Shown here: positions 19,701 through 27,844 of the stretch, in pieces
Position numbering within the stretch: the first letter of the stretch is position 1
Layout: each line of letters starts with the position of its first letter
Assembly: GCA_028286685.1 (NCBI GenBank)
Contig: JAQBRA010000006.1
Coordinates: 1,993 to 65,992, forward strand
Source of the DNA: Candidatus Adlerbacteria bacterium
Lineage (GTDB): Bacteria; Patescibacteriota; Minisyncoccia; Phycocordibacterales; SBAW01
DNA: 64,000 nt
Direction of reading: 5' to 3'
The notes under the pieces: model-generated
Told to the model about the DNA's origin: nothing
Databases searched by the model: none
Seen by the model: only the letters and a program-made list of their open reading frames with translations
Position numbers and translations under genes: made by a program

Positions 19701-19823
19701 CCGGTCGCCTCCCCGCTCGGCGGATCAACCGGCGTTCCCTCCTTTGGCGGTGAAAAGGTAGCTGTTACCAATCGCCCCAAGCTCGAGGTCCTCTCCGAGC
19801 CGTGCGAGTCCTGCAGCGCGTAA
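16758..19823 (+). CDS. nrdA: Ribonucleoside-diphosphate reductase alpha subunit with two ATP cones
   Basis: VKKRNG and ITKRD cones, QLSSCF, SNLCTEI, GLKTTYYLR, terminal CESC. Confidence 0.95.
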   Translation: MATPKVKKRNGSIADFEPAKITVAVQKAFAAVTGDSHDQDAIAITKVVVDTLEAKFGNTAFVPTVEDVQDLVEMALMERSYFGVAKDYIIYRYEHSKAREEKREEIAELIEENALFITKRDDTREHFSETKLTRSLMFASVGYETIIDTPAVIARVRQEMYDGIKTKDIHDVLIMVTRSMIERDPAYSYVAARLLLQHMYRDAIGEISDFTKLEDEHKAAFARNIARGVEVGWFDPEMLTFNLQKLAESLVIERDHDFKYLGLQTLHANYLSKEHKTRKLLETPQMFWMRVAMGCALAEKTPELRESQAIEFYEIMSAMYYMPSSPTLYHAGTTVPQLSSCFLSTVPDDLHSIFDEYKDGAQLLKYAGGLGVDWSYIRAAGSLVSKTGVESQGVVPFLRIENDVTISINRSGRRRGATAVYLEYWHLEIEDFMELRKNTGDERRRAHDLNTATWIPDLFMKRLKEDGQWTLFSPSDTPDLHDLYGRRFDEAYERYEKLAAEGQIKHHKVLKASDLWRKHITMLFESGHPWITWKDPCNVRSPQDHVGVVHSSNLCTEITLNTSATETAVCNLGSLNLGAFVTTGAKFDRDLVARVVPVAMRMLDNVIDVNFYPTEKTKNSNMRHRPVGLGLRGLMDALYKMGINFDTDEAVKFSDESQEVISYHCILSSSLLAKERGTYETYKGSKWDRGILPQDTIALLEAERGLKIDVPRHETLDWRLVREAVRSWGMRNSNTQAHAPTATTANIAGCYPTVEPIYKNIYVKSNMAGDFMIVNEFLVEDLKKLGLWSQDMLEKIKFHDGSVQQIQEIPPGIREKYKEVFEMEPQWLIKAAAYRGRWIDQSQSLNIFYGGTSGRVLSEIYQYAWNMGLKTTYYLRTMGASRVEKSTLDMGKHGATSSKDAGVASGPVASSVVIQETVTVASQDSLMAQAMHANTAAEAVAMMTVGEVVADVEAALIDAGQMELIEAAKKAPYAAGSMFEAPVASPLGGSTGVPSFGGEKVAVTNRPKLEVLSEPCESCSA

Positions 19824-19866
19824 GACTTGTTCTTTGAAATATGCGGCTGCTACAAATAGCAACCTT

Positions 19867-20121
19867 ATGTTAAACAAAAGCGAAGGACCCACTAAAATAT
19901 TCATAGAATCTGGGCAGACAAGAATTATTGACGGCATGTTCTACCTGGAGCTTCAGTCGGGTTCTGAAAAGTACGCATTTGCGATACCTCTTCCTATGGC
20001 TAAAGCTCTAGGTCCCGCAATAGCAAAACAAGTTGAAGAGATAGAAAGGCAAACGGGGCAAAAATTCGACGGCGGTACGACCACTGAAACTATACCTAGC
20101 CCTTGGTCGCCGATAAAGTAA
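19867..20121 (+). CDS. Low-GC hypothetical protein (DUF3467-like pattern)
   Basis: PLPMAKAL...QVEEIERQTG; visibly AT-richer than the flanking nrd genes. Confidence 0.5.
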   Translation: MLNKSEGPTKIFIESGQTRIIDGMFYLELQSGSEKYAFAIPLPMAKALGPAIAKQVEEIERQTGQKFDGGTTTETIPSPWSPIK

Positions 20122-20322
20122 AAACATTCGAGGTTTCTCAGAGAACGTGCGGTCACCGACTGAAATCAGATAGATTGCCCTCTCAGAAAGAGACGACCTA
20201 AATCGTGCTGGGGCTTGTAATGTATAAAAAATTAATAGCAGCAGCCGCAGATTCAAAGAGCAAAAAGAAAAGGCCCCGAGCTTGCGAAAGACGGGGTCTT
20301 TTCGCTCGCTCGAGGCGCTTGA

Positions 20323-20652
20323 TTATGCGGTCGGGACTGTCCAAACCTTGTCCGAATAGTCCCAGCCAACGAAGTCGTTGCCGAACTTCCGCTTGAGCTG
20401 GTCGGTCATGGCGTGAAAGAACTGCGGCGAAGTCTTGCTGCACAGTGCCACCTGGAAGCCGATGCCCCACTGCTTGTCGGAGCATTGGCGCACGCTGAGC
20501 CCCTCGTACCGCACGCCATGTGCGCGCGATCGCCACTCAAGCGCAAGCTCGAGAAGTTCCTCGCTGGAAACCTTGTCCATATTGAACTTCCAGATTCCGG
20601 CCACAATACCAGGAGTTGGGCCAGTGCCGGTGTCACGTTCCGTGCTGCTCAT
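20323..20652 (-). CDS. Hypothetical protein (orphan cassette)
   Basis: GGAGG SD, TTGACA..TACAAT promoter (20713-20738), terminator at 20270-20302. Confidence 0.6.
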   Translation of the reverse strand: MSSTERDTGTGPTPGIVAGIWKFNMDKVSSEELLELALEWRSRAHGVRYEGLSVRQCSDKQWGIGFQVALCSKTSPQFFHAMTDQLKRKFGNDFVGWDYSDKVWTVPTA

Positions 20653-20843
20653 GTCGTCCTCCAATGAACTGAAGTGGATTGAAAAGTACAGCGGATGCCG
20701 TACAGTATTAATTGTACTCTTTTTAGGCATTTTGTCAACCCCCTACCGCAGCCCTGCAAACCGTTTCTCTATGCCTAATCCCCTTGCCCCGACCCCTACC
20801 GCTTGGGTAAAATAAGGGTTCCTCATTAGCTAATATATACCGT

Positions 20844-21836
20844 ATGGGAGTAATAAACGGCGGCAGCAACACGGACCCCAACAAGATACTTCCGATGAAG
20901 TACCAGTGGGCGCGCGTCCACTACAAGAAGGGCGTCGCCAACAACTGGGTGCCTGAGGAAGTCTCCATGCAGCAGGACGTCGAGCTTTGGAAGAAGCCCG
21001 GGGCACTCAGCGAGGACGAGCGCCGCATGATCATGTGGAACTTGGGCTTTTTCTCGACCGCCGAGTCTTTGACCGCCAACAACCTCGTCTTGGCGATCTA
21101 CAAGCACATCACCAACCCCGAGTGCCGCCAGTACCTCCTGCGCCAGGCATACGAGGAGGCCGTGCACACCGACACGTTCATCTACTGCTGCGACACGCTC
21201 GGCCTCAACCCCGACGAGGTCTACAAGATGTACGAGACCATCCCCTCCATCAAGGAGAAGGACGAGTACGTCGTTAACCTGACCAAGTCGGTATTCGATC
21301 CGAACTTCAACACCCAGGGCACCGAGAATATCCAGAAGTTCGTGCACGACCTGGTGGGCTTCTACGTCATCATGGAAGGCATCTTCTTTTACGCCGGCTT
21401 TGCCATGATGCTCTCGATGCTCCGCAAGAACCGCATGGTCGGCATCGGCGAGCAGTTCCAGTTTATTTTGCGCGACGAGTCGGTGCACCTGGCCTTCGGC
21501 GCGGACCTCATCAACACGATAGTGCAGGAAAATCCCGAGATCTGGACGCCCCAATTCAAACAGGAGCTGACTGACAACATCAAGCGCGCCGTCGAGCTCG
21601 AGAAGAAGTATGCCGACGACGCCCTGCCGCGCGGCGTGGTGGGCCTGGTGCCTTCTACCGTTAAGCAGTACGTCGAGCATGTGGCCGACCGCCGCCTGGA
21701 GCGCATCGGCTTGGAGCGCCAATACCACAAGGACAACCCGTTCCCCTGGATGAGCGAGATCATGGACATGCCCAAGGAAAAGAACTTCTTTGAGACCCGG
21801 GTCACCGAGTACAAGACCGGCGAACTCGACTGGTAG
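20844..21836 (+). CDS. nrdB: Ribonucleotide reductase beta subunit, class Ic (Mn/Fe R2c) type
   Basis: FFSTAES (Glu ligand), EEAVHTDTF (Phe at the radical-Tyr site), MEGIFFY, RDESVH, NFFETRVTEY. Confidence 0.9.
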   Translation: MGVINGGSNTDPNKILPMKYQWARVHYKKGVANNWVPEEVSMQQDVELWKKPGALSEDERRMIMWNLGFFSTAESLTANNLVLAIYKHITNPECRQYLLRQAYEEAVHTDTFIYCCDTLGLNPDEVYKMYETIPSIKEKDEYVVNLTKSVFDPNFNTQGTENIQKFVHDLVGFYVIMEGIFFYAGFAMMLSMLRKNRMVGIGEQFQFILRDESVHLAFGADLINTIVQENPEIWTPQFKQELTDNIKRAVELEKKYADDALPRGVVGLVPSTVKQYVEHVADRRLERIGLERQYHKDNPFPWMSEIMDMPKEKNFFETRVTEYKTGELDW

Positions 21837-21855
21837 TATCCCTTACATACAAACA

Positions 21856-21893
21856 ATAATGACCCGCCGGGAATTCCCGGCGGGTCATTTTAT
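21856..21893. terminator. Bidirectional terminator
   Basis: AATGACCCGCCGGGAATTCCCGGCGGGTCATT. Confidence 0.8.
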
Positions 21894-22027
21894 TACTTTA
21901 TTTCTTCCTGCATCTGCTCCGGTTCGTTATGGACCAGACCCTGATAGGCCATGTCGCCGAGCCAGAAAATCAGCATCCAAATCACCAAGGATGCGAGCAG
22001 GCCGTTGCGTAATGCTTTCTGAGACAT
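21893..22027 (-). CDS. 44-aa single-TM microprotein
   Basis: MSQKALRNGLLASLVIWMLIFWLGDMAYQG...; GAGAGG SD; TTTACA..TATTAT upstream. Confidence 0.45.
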   Translation of the reverse strand: MSQKALRNGLLASLVIWMLIFWLGDMAYQGLVHNEPEQMQEEIK

Positions 22028-22317
22028 TCCAACCTCTCTTGCCGTTTCTGCCGCCCATAATACCATAACCGATATAAATGTAAAGCCCCCGCGACTTGCG
22101 CGGGGGTTATAACAAGACAGAGCACGCTCTGCCAATAGCACCAGAGGGCTCCCAAAAACGAAGCGAATTCCTCCGCGTAGGGCAGCGCAAAATCGTAGCC
22201 GATCGAGTCCGGTTTGCCCGCACAGGGGCTCGAGCCGTAAAAGAGCGCGCCTATAAATACGCCCGCCAGGCAAAAGCCCGATAGAGCCAATGCAAAGGCC
22301 GTTAGATAGCGATACAT
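21982..22317 (-). CDS. Hypothetical membrane protein
   Basis: GAGGGAGG SD and TATAGT promoter; hydrophobic N-terminus; an internal terminator-like hairpin (22082-22108) makes the 3' end uncertain. Confidence 0.35.
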   Translation of the reverse strand: MYRYLTAFALALSGFCLAGVFIGALFYGSSPCAGKPDSIGYDFALPYAEEFASFLGALWCYWQSVLCLVITPAQVAGALHLYRLWYYGRQKRQERLECLRKHYATACSHPW

Positions 22318-22416
22318 CCTTCCCTCCCTCTCTAAGCGAGACTATAGCACGACCTATGCAAAGGAAAAGCCCGCCAAAATCCGAAGATTTGGCGGGCTGA
22401 ATGAAGGGCTGCGCAT

Positions 22417-22860
22417 TTAGATCAAGCGGCCTCCTTGTTGCAAGGCATCGGCGGTACGGGCATAGCCCTTGTCCCGCAAATGGTTGCCCAAGTGTTTGGC
22501 GCCGAATTTGGCGACCAAGCGGGTTCCTTTATGGATCGCTGACTTAGTGTCTGGGTCGAGGCCTTGGTAGGCTTTGGCCGCCTTTTGTACACCCACCGCC
22601 GCATAGTGGACCGGCGCTGGCGAGACCTGCCGGCTTGTGGCGAAACTAAACGCCACCGCTCCGATAATCCCGAACAGCGAAAGTAGAACCGCGAGCAGCA
22701 AGTATACAGGCTCCTGTTTGCTGAGCGATACGATAATCAGCACCTGAGCGCTGAGCATCATCACCGCCAAGCAAACTATCGCTCGAGTGATCCGGCAACG
22801 GCCCAACAGCCAGCCGACAACCAGGACAACGATCGGCAGATAGACAAACATGATTCGCAT
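22417..22860 (-). CDS. Hypothetical 3-TM membrane protein
   Basis: GGAG SD, TTGACA..TATAAT promoter (22900-22927), terminator at 22365-22398. Confidence 0.6.
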   Translation of the reverse strand: MRIMFVYLPIVVLVVGWLLGRCRITRAIVCLAVMMLSAQVLIIVSLSKQEPVYLLLAVLLSLFGIIGAVAFSFATSRQVSPAPVHYAAVGVQKAAKAYQGLDPDTKSAIHKGTRLVAKFGAKHLGNHLRDKGYARTADALQQGGRLI

Positions 22861-22943
22861 CTGTTTTCTCCAGAACTCAAAGGTGCAGGGTTCTTATCTA
22901 TTATACTCTTTTTATTCAAATTGTCAATAGCCTACAGGAGCTC

Positions 22944-23762
22944 CTATTTTAGGCTCTTTTCAACCCTAAACTCCCCTGCTTGGGTACGAAGGATGTGGAG
23001 TGCCAGGGCCGGGATGCCTAGGTCTTTGCCCAGCCCGTGGGCTATGGAACGGGCGTAGGTGCCCGAGGAGCAGGCGATTTTTATAGAGGCGCACGAGAAC
23101 TCGCGCGTGCCCTTCTGCTTGAGGTTCTTCTTCCAGGTCTCCAAAATCTCCTCTTGGCGGAAGTCGCCACCCACTTTGGCGATACTGTCCTCGATATAGC
23201 TGAGGAGCTGGGGCTCCTTAACCTTGTAGAGCTTATCAATGTCGATATGGTAAATGGTTACGTTGCGGCTCGGCAGCAATATGGAGGAAAGCGCATTGTT
23301 GCGCGCCCACTCAAACAAGGACTTGCCCTCGACGGTTTTGGACGAGTACGGCGGGTACTCCTGCGACTGCGCGCCCCGAAATTCGTTGAGCGCCTGCTGC
23401 AGGTCTTTTTTGGTGAGCGCCGAGGCGTCGCCCGTTTCCATCACCCGGCCCAAGATGTCGTAGGTGTCCGTGGAAAAGCCAAAGAGTATGTCGAGCACGT
23501 ACTCTTTGGAAAGATCGAGGTACGTGTCGCGGCGCTTGTTGGCCGAGCCTACCAGGCACAAGAGGACCCCCTCGGCCATAGGGTCGAGCCTGCCGGCATA
23601 GGAAAGGACTTCGTGGGCGTAGTGGGGCTTCTCAAGGCGCAGGCGCTCGAGCCGCTCGCGGGGGGTCTCGCCGAGCTTTTTGTAGAGATTAAGGACCTGT
23701 CCAGCCGTGTTCCTTTTGATGTGTATGTCTTTCGGATCTGCCATGGCGGGGTTGTCTGACAT
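22944..23762 (-). CDS. truB: tRNA pseudouridine(55) synthase
   Basis: YAGRLDPMAEGVL, KEY, STDTYDILG, CSSGTYARS. Confidence 0.9.
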   Translation of the reverse strand: MSDNPAMADPKDIHIKRNTAGQVLNLYKKLGETPRERLERLRLEKPHYAHEVLSYAGRLDPMAEGVLLCLVGSANKRRDTYLDLSKEYVLDILFGFSTDTYDILGRVMETGDASALTKKDLQQALNEFRGAQSQEYPPYSSKTVEGKSLFEWARNNALSSILLPSRNVTIYHIDIDKLYKVKEPQLLSYIEDSIAKVGGDFRQEEILETWKKNLKQKGTREFSCASIKIACSSGTYARSIAHGLGKDLGIPALALHILRTQAGEFRVEKSLK

Positions 23763-23811
23763 AGAGGATCTATATCTGTTAGAATACACGCAAGCCCCCG
23801 AATATCCAAAA

Positions 23812-25077
23812 ATGGAACCTGAAAACCGCATAAAGACCAAAAAGCTCCCGACCGAACCCTACAAGGGCGTGCGCGACTTCTACCCCGAGCAATACGCCTC
23901 GCTCAAGTACATTTTTGACACCTGGCGCAGTGTTGTGGAAAAGATTGGCTATGTCGAGTATGAGGCCTCCATCCTCGAGCCTTCGGAGCTCTACCGCACC
24001 AAAGGCTCGGAAAACGAGGAGATGGTTAATGAGCAAACCTATACGTTTGTGGACCGCGGCGAGCGCGAGGTAACCTTGCGCCCTGAGATGACCCCGACGG
24101 TGGCGCGCATGGTCGCGGGCAAGCGCCGCGAGCTCGGCTTCCCGTTGCGCTACTACTCTATCCCCAACTGCTTCCGCTATGAGCGCATGCAGCGCGGCCG
24201 CCTGCGCGAGTTCTGGCAGCTCAACGTCGACCTGTTTGGATCGCGCTCGACCGCTGCCGATGCCGAAATTTTAGCGGTGTCCTACGGCATCATGATGGCC
24301 TTTGGCGCCACTGAAAGCGACTTCGTTATAAAAGTTGGAAGCCGCAGCGCCATTAACGGTCTCGTGGCCGAGCTCGGGCTTTCCGAAGAAACCACCAAAA
24401 AGCTCTTTGCCCTTTTGGACCGCAAGGCCAAGATGCCGGGCGAGGAGTTTAGTCATGCGCTCTCGGACCTTTCAGTCCCCGAGAGCCGACTGTTTGACCA
24501 TGAGCCGCCGGAGGAGATTTCCAAGATGCTCGAGCAGTTTAAAGACGCCGGGATAAACAACATCGTCTACGATCCTTCTGTCGTGCGCGGATTCGCCTAC
24601 TACAGCGGCATGGTGTTCGAGGTGTTCGACACGCACCCGGAGAATAACCGCGCCCTCTTTGGCGGCGGGCGCTATGACAACTTAACCCAGCTGTTTGACG
24701 ACGAGCCTTTGCCCGGCGTGGGCTTTGGCATGGGCGACGAGACCATACGCCTCTTTATGGAGGTGCGCGGGCTCATACCGCCCTACAAGTCGCCTACCCA
24801 TGTCTATCTGGCTACGCCGGCTCCCGAGATGGCCTACGAACTGCAGACCTTTGCCGGCGAGCTCCGGCGCGCCGGCGTCAATGTGGCGGTGGACTTCGGC
24901 GAGAAGAAACTGGGCGACCAGATAAAGACCGCCGCCAAGCACAAGATTGCCTGGCTCATGGTGGTAGGCCCCGATGAGCTTGAGCGCGGGCAGTTTACCG
25001 CCCGCAACCTCGAGACCGGCCACGAGGAGACCCTGGCCCGCGAGCAATTACCGGATTTCTTCCTCAATCAGCAATAA
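23812..25077 (+). CDS. hisS: Histidine-tRNA ligase
   Basis: KGVRDFYP, LRPEMT, FRYERMQRGRLREFWQ, GGGRYD. Confidence 0.95.
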   Translation: MEPENRIKTKKLPTEPYKGVRDFYPEQYASLKYIFDTWRSVVEKIGYVEYEASILEPSELYRTKGSENEEMVNEQTYTFVDRGEREVTLRPEMTPTVARMVAGKRRELGFPLRYYSIPNCFRYERMQRGRLREFWQLNVDLFGSRSTAADAEILAVSYGIMMAFGATESDFVIKVGSRSAINGLVAELGLSEETTKKLFALLDRKAKMPGEEFSHALSDLSVPESRLFDHEPPEEISKMLEQFKDAGINNIVYDPSVVRGFAYYSGMVFEVFDTHPENNRALFGGGRYDNLTQLFDDEPLPGVGFGMGDETIRLFMEVRGLIPPYKSPTHVYLATPAPEMAYELQTFAGELRRAGVNVAVDFGEKKLGDQIKTAAKHKIAWLMVVGPDELERGQFTARNLETGHEETLAREQLPDFFLNQQ

Positions 25078-25079
25078 TC

Positions 25080-25652
25080 ATGCGCCGCATTACGTTCGAT
25101 ATCGAGACCGAGGGCGCATTTCTGGGCAACGGAGACTTCAGCAATCTGGAGGTAACGGTGGTGGGCGTCTACGACTCGGACACTAAAAAGCTTACCGGCT
25201 ACTACAAGGAGGACCTGCCCAAGCTCTGGCCCCTGTTTGAGTCAGCAGACGTGCTTGTAGGATACAACAGCGACCACTTCGATATCCCGATACTCAACAA
25301 GTACTACGCGGGCGACCTGACGAAATTCAAAAGCCTCGACCTGCTAAAGGAAATAAAGGGCGTGCTCGGCCGCCGCTTAAAGCTCGACAGCATCGCCGAG
25401 GCGACCCTGGGCCGCAAAAAGACCGGTCACGGGCTAGAGGCCGTAGAGTGGTGGAAGCAGGGGCTTAAAGAAAAGGTCATGCAGTACTGCCTGGACGATG
25501 TGGCCATTACTGATGAGCTGTACCGCTACGCCCTGAAGCATAAAAAACTCAAGTACAAGGACTACGACGGCGTCCGCGAGATAAAGCTGGACACGAGTAA
25601 ATGGGAAGAAACCGGCGACGCCCCGGCCCTCAACCACACGCTCCCCTTCTAA
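25080..25652 (+). CDS. RNase H-like 3'-5' exonuclease (YprB/RNase_H_2 type)
   Basis: FDIET, GYNSDHFDIP, YCLDDV (DEDD-like). Confidence 0.8.
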   Translation: MRRITFDIETEGAFLGNGDFSNLEVTVVGVYDSDTKKLTGYYKEDLPKLWPLFESADVLVGYNSDHFDIPILNKYYAGDLTKFKSLDLLKEIKGVLGRRLKLDSIAEATLGRKKTGHGLEAVEWWKQGLKEKVMQYCLDDVAITDELYRYALKHKKLKYKDYDGVREIKLDTSKWEETGDAPALNHTLPF

Positions 25653-25719
25653 TTCCGCATTCTAAATGCAGTCGGTCAAGGGTGTTGTCTTGCCCCGGTT
25701 AGGGGTAAAATGAAGACAT

Positions 25720-26445
25720 ATGAATAGAAATTACGCGCTGCCTATTACTATCGTCGTTGCAGGAGTATTAATCGCAGGAGCGGTCTTCTGGTCGGGCAAG
25801 TCCTCGACCGCTACGCCGGGAGCCGACAGCAACCCGCAGAACGTGCGCGCCTACACCCCGGGCACTGACCACGTCCTGGGCAATCCGGACGCTCCCGTTA
25901 AGGTCATTGAGTACTACGACCTGGAGTGCCCGCACTGCAAGCTCTTTAACACCACGATGCACCAGATCATGGATTACTACGGCGCCTCCGGCAAAGTAGC
26001 CTGGATCTCGCGTCCGTTCCCCTTGGCCCAGATCCACTCCAAGGCCCCCAAGGAGGCCGAGGCGGCCGAGTGCGCAGCCGAGCAGGGCGGCGACACTGCC
26101 TACTACGCGTTTGTGGACAAGGTGTTCGAGGTAACGCCGAGCGATAACGGGCTTGATCTGGCCCAGCTCCCCACTATTGCGGGCCAGATAGGGCTCAATG
26201 TCGACACCTTTACCGCCTGCCTCAGCTCCGGCAAGTACGCCAAAAAGATCCTCGACAGCTACCAGGAGGCCGTTAAGGCCGGCGGCCAGGGCACGCCGTA
26301 CACGCTCATTATGGTCGGCGACGAATCGGTAGCGCTTTCCGGCGCCCAGCCGTACAACTCGATGCGCGCAGCGATAGACGCCGTCCTCTCCTCGCTCCCC
26401 GGCGGTGCAACTATCAACGCAGGAGCCACTACCACAACTCAATAA
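25720..26445 (+). CDS. DsbA/BdbD-like thioredoxin-fold oxidoreductase
   Basis: N-terminal TM; DLECPHC; GTP; GAQP. Confidence 0.9.
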   Translation: MNRNYALPITIVVAGVLIAGAVFWSGKSSTATPGADSNPQNVRAYTPGTDHVLGNPDAPVKVIEYYDLECPHCKLFNTTMHQIMDYYGASGKVAWISRPFPLAQIHSKAPKEAEAAECAAEQGGDTAYYAFVDKVFEVTPSDNGLDLAQLPTIAGQIGLNVDTFTACLSSGKYAKKILDSYQEAVKAGGQGTPYTLIMVGDESVALSGAQPYNSMRAAIDAVLSSLPGGATINAGATTTTQ

Positions 26446-26466
26446 AGATCTAGGGCGGTCCTAGAT

Positions 26467-26497
26467 AGCAAAACCCCCGGAATCCCGGGGGTTTTGC
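26467..26497. terminator. Bidirectional terminator
   Basis: AGCAAAACCCCCGG-AAT-CCCGGGGGTTTTGCT. Confidence 0.8.
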
Positions 26498-27349
26498 TTA
26501 TTCCGGTTTTTCTTCCTCTACCAACCCCAACCTATAGATATCAAAGCTGTTCTCGCCCTCGAACATGTCGGAAGGGTTGGGCAGGTACAGGCGCGGGCGC
26601 GATATTTCCTTGGTGGCGTCATTTATGAGCTTCTTAAACAGGAAGAACTCCTCCCCCACCTCGTCAAAGTTAATGGTGTAGCGGCGCAGCTGCGGCTTGC
26701 CGTCGCGATTGGCGGTCTTCTTGCACTCGATGATGATAAACCTCTCAATAGGCTTACCGTACTTTTCCTTGACCGTGTAGTAGTTAAACAGCGCCTGTAT
26801 CACAAACAAGGTTTTGTTAGCACGAAGCGGACTGAAAGAGTCGACGAACTTATGATCGACAATATCGAGCGACTTGGGGTTGACCCTGGAGCGCACCACG
26901 AGGTCCGATACGGCCTTTATAGGCAGCGCCAGGCCTTTGACGTCTGCCATGGCCTTTACCTCGACCCCTATAACGTCGTGCTTGGGCGGCCGCGCCAGGT
27001 AAAAGCCCACCGCCTGCAGGTATTCGCGCTCCATGCTCTCGCGCTTGGCGCGCATGGCCTTCTTGGTCGTATTTTTGCCGAAGTTAATTTCAAAGTCGGC
27101 GACATTCCGCAGGGACTCAAGCCCCAGCTCGGTCGCCGCCTCTTTTGGAAGCCCGCTGTAGTAGTGCTGCATGGCGGTGTGACATGCGCGACCGACTACA
27201 CCCGAAGGCGAGGACGGCGTGTCATAGATTAGCTCCACATAGCGCTTGTACCACGCTAAGGGGTTGCGCAGGAAGCTCATGAGCGAGGAGTGGCTCCAGT
27301 ACTTAATGGGGAGGTTTTTGCGCTTTCCACTCTTGCGCTTGGCGGCCAT
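26498..27349 (-). CDS. PD-(D/E)XK nuclease superfamily protein (RecB/AddB-like)
   Basis: WSHSSL, GRACH, E...SDL...IVDHK, QALFNY. Confidence 0.75.
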   Translation of the reverse strand: MAAKRKSGKRKNLPIKYWSHSSLMSFLRNPLAWYKRYVELIYDTPSSPSGVVGRACHTAMQHYYSGLPKEAATELGLESLRNVADFEINFGKNTTKKAMRAKRESMEREYLQAVGFYLARPPKHDVIGVEVKAMADVKGLALPIKAVSDLVVRSRVNPKSLDIVDHKFVDSFSPLRANKTLFVIQALFNYYTVKEKYGKPIERFIIIECKKTANRDGKPQLRRYTINFDEVGEEFFLFKKLINDATKEISRPRLYLPNPSDMFEGENSFDIYRLGLVEEEKPE

Positions 27350-27365
27350 ACTCCAGTATACCACT

Positions 27366-27395
27366 TTGACGTACTACAACATTACGTGCTATAAT
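27366..27395 (+). promoter_or_regulatory. Strong sigma70 promoter
   Basis: TTGACG-N18-TATAAT with extended -10 TG. Confidence 0.65.
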
Positions 27396-27440
27396 ACACA
27401 TTAGTAAGCACCGCGGCCAGAGCCGCCCAGGGAGGATTAG

Positions 27441-27611
27441 ATGGCGAAAGTAATAGAATTTCTTGTAAAGCACGGACTGGCTCTGGGCGCAGGTCTTGCA
27501 GCCCTAACTATAATAGGACTAGCATTGTCGGGCACATTGAGGATTTCCGCCAAAAAAGCAACGCTCGGCGAGACTCAATCTTGTTGCCAACTTCACCGGA
27601 GTGCCGTATAA
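27441..27611 (+). CDS. 56-aa single-TM microprotein (not in ORF track)
   Basis: GGGAGG SD; MAKVIEFLVKHGLALGAGLAALTIIGLALSGTLRISAKK... Confidence 0.5.
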   Translation: MAKVIEFLVKHGLALGAGLAALTIIGLALSGTLRISAKKATLGETQSCCQLHRSAV

Positions 27612-27632
27612 GAAAAGAAGAAGGAGCAACAG

Positions 27633-27794
27633 ATGAGACTTGCCGAAATCTTTGGCTTGCTATTGCTAGGAATACCTTGTCTTCTGGTTCTAGGCTTTGT
27701 CATAGCGCTACTGAAGCCTTTCTCCAGAAGCAACCTGGAGGGGCGCGTAGACGATTTCTACCCCCGTCCCGACGAGAAACCCCCGCTTTCGTAA
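27633..27794 (+). CDS. 53-aa single-TM microprotein (not in ORF track)
   Basis: AAGGAG SD; MRLAEIFGLLLLGIPCLLVLGFVIALLKPFSR...; terminator at 27778-27822. Confidence 0.5.
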   Translation: MRLAEIFGLLLLGIPCLLVLGFVIALLKPFSRSNLEGRVDDFYPRPDEKPPLS

Positions 27795-27844
27795 CACATA
27801 CGATAGCGGGGGTTATTTTTTATTATCTCCCTTCCCTTGATTTG

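Noticed and set aside
26498-27349. Cas4 or a defence-system nuclease
   Set aside because: It lacks the Cas4 four-Cys cluster and has no defence partners nearby, so it is treated as a generic PD-(D/E)XK protein.
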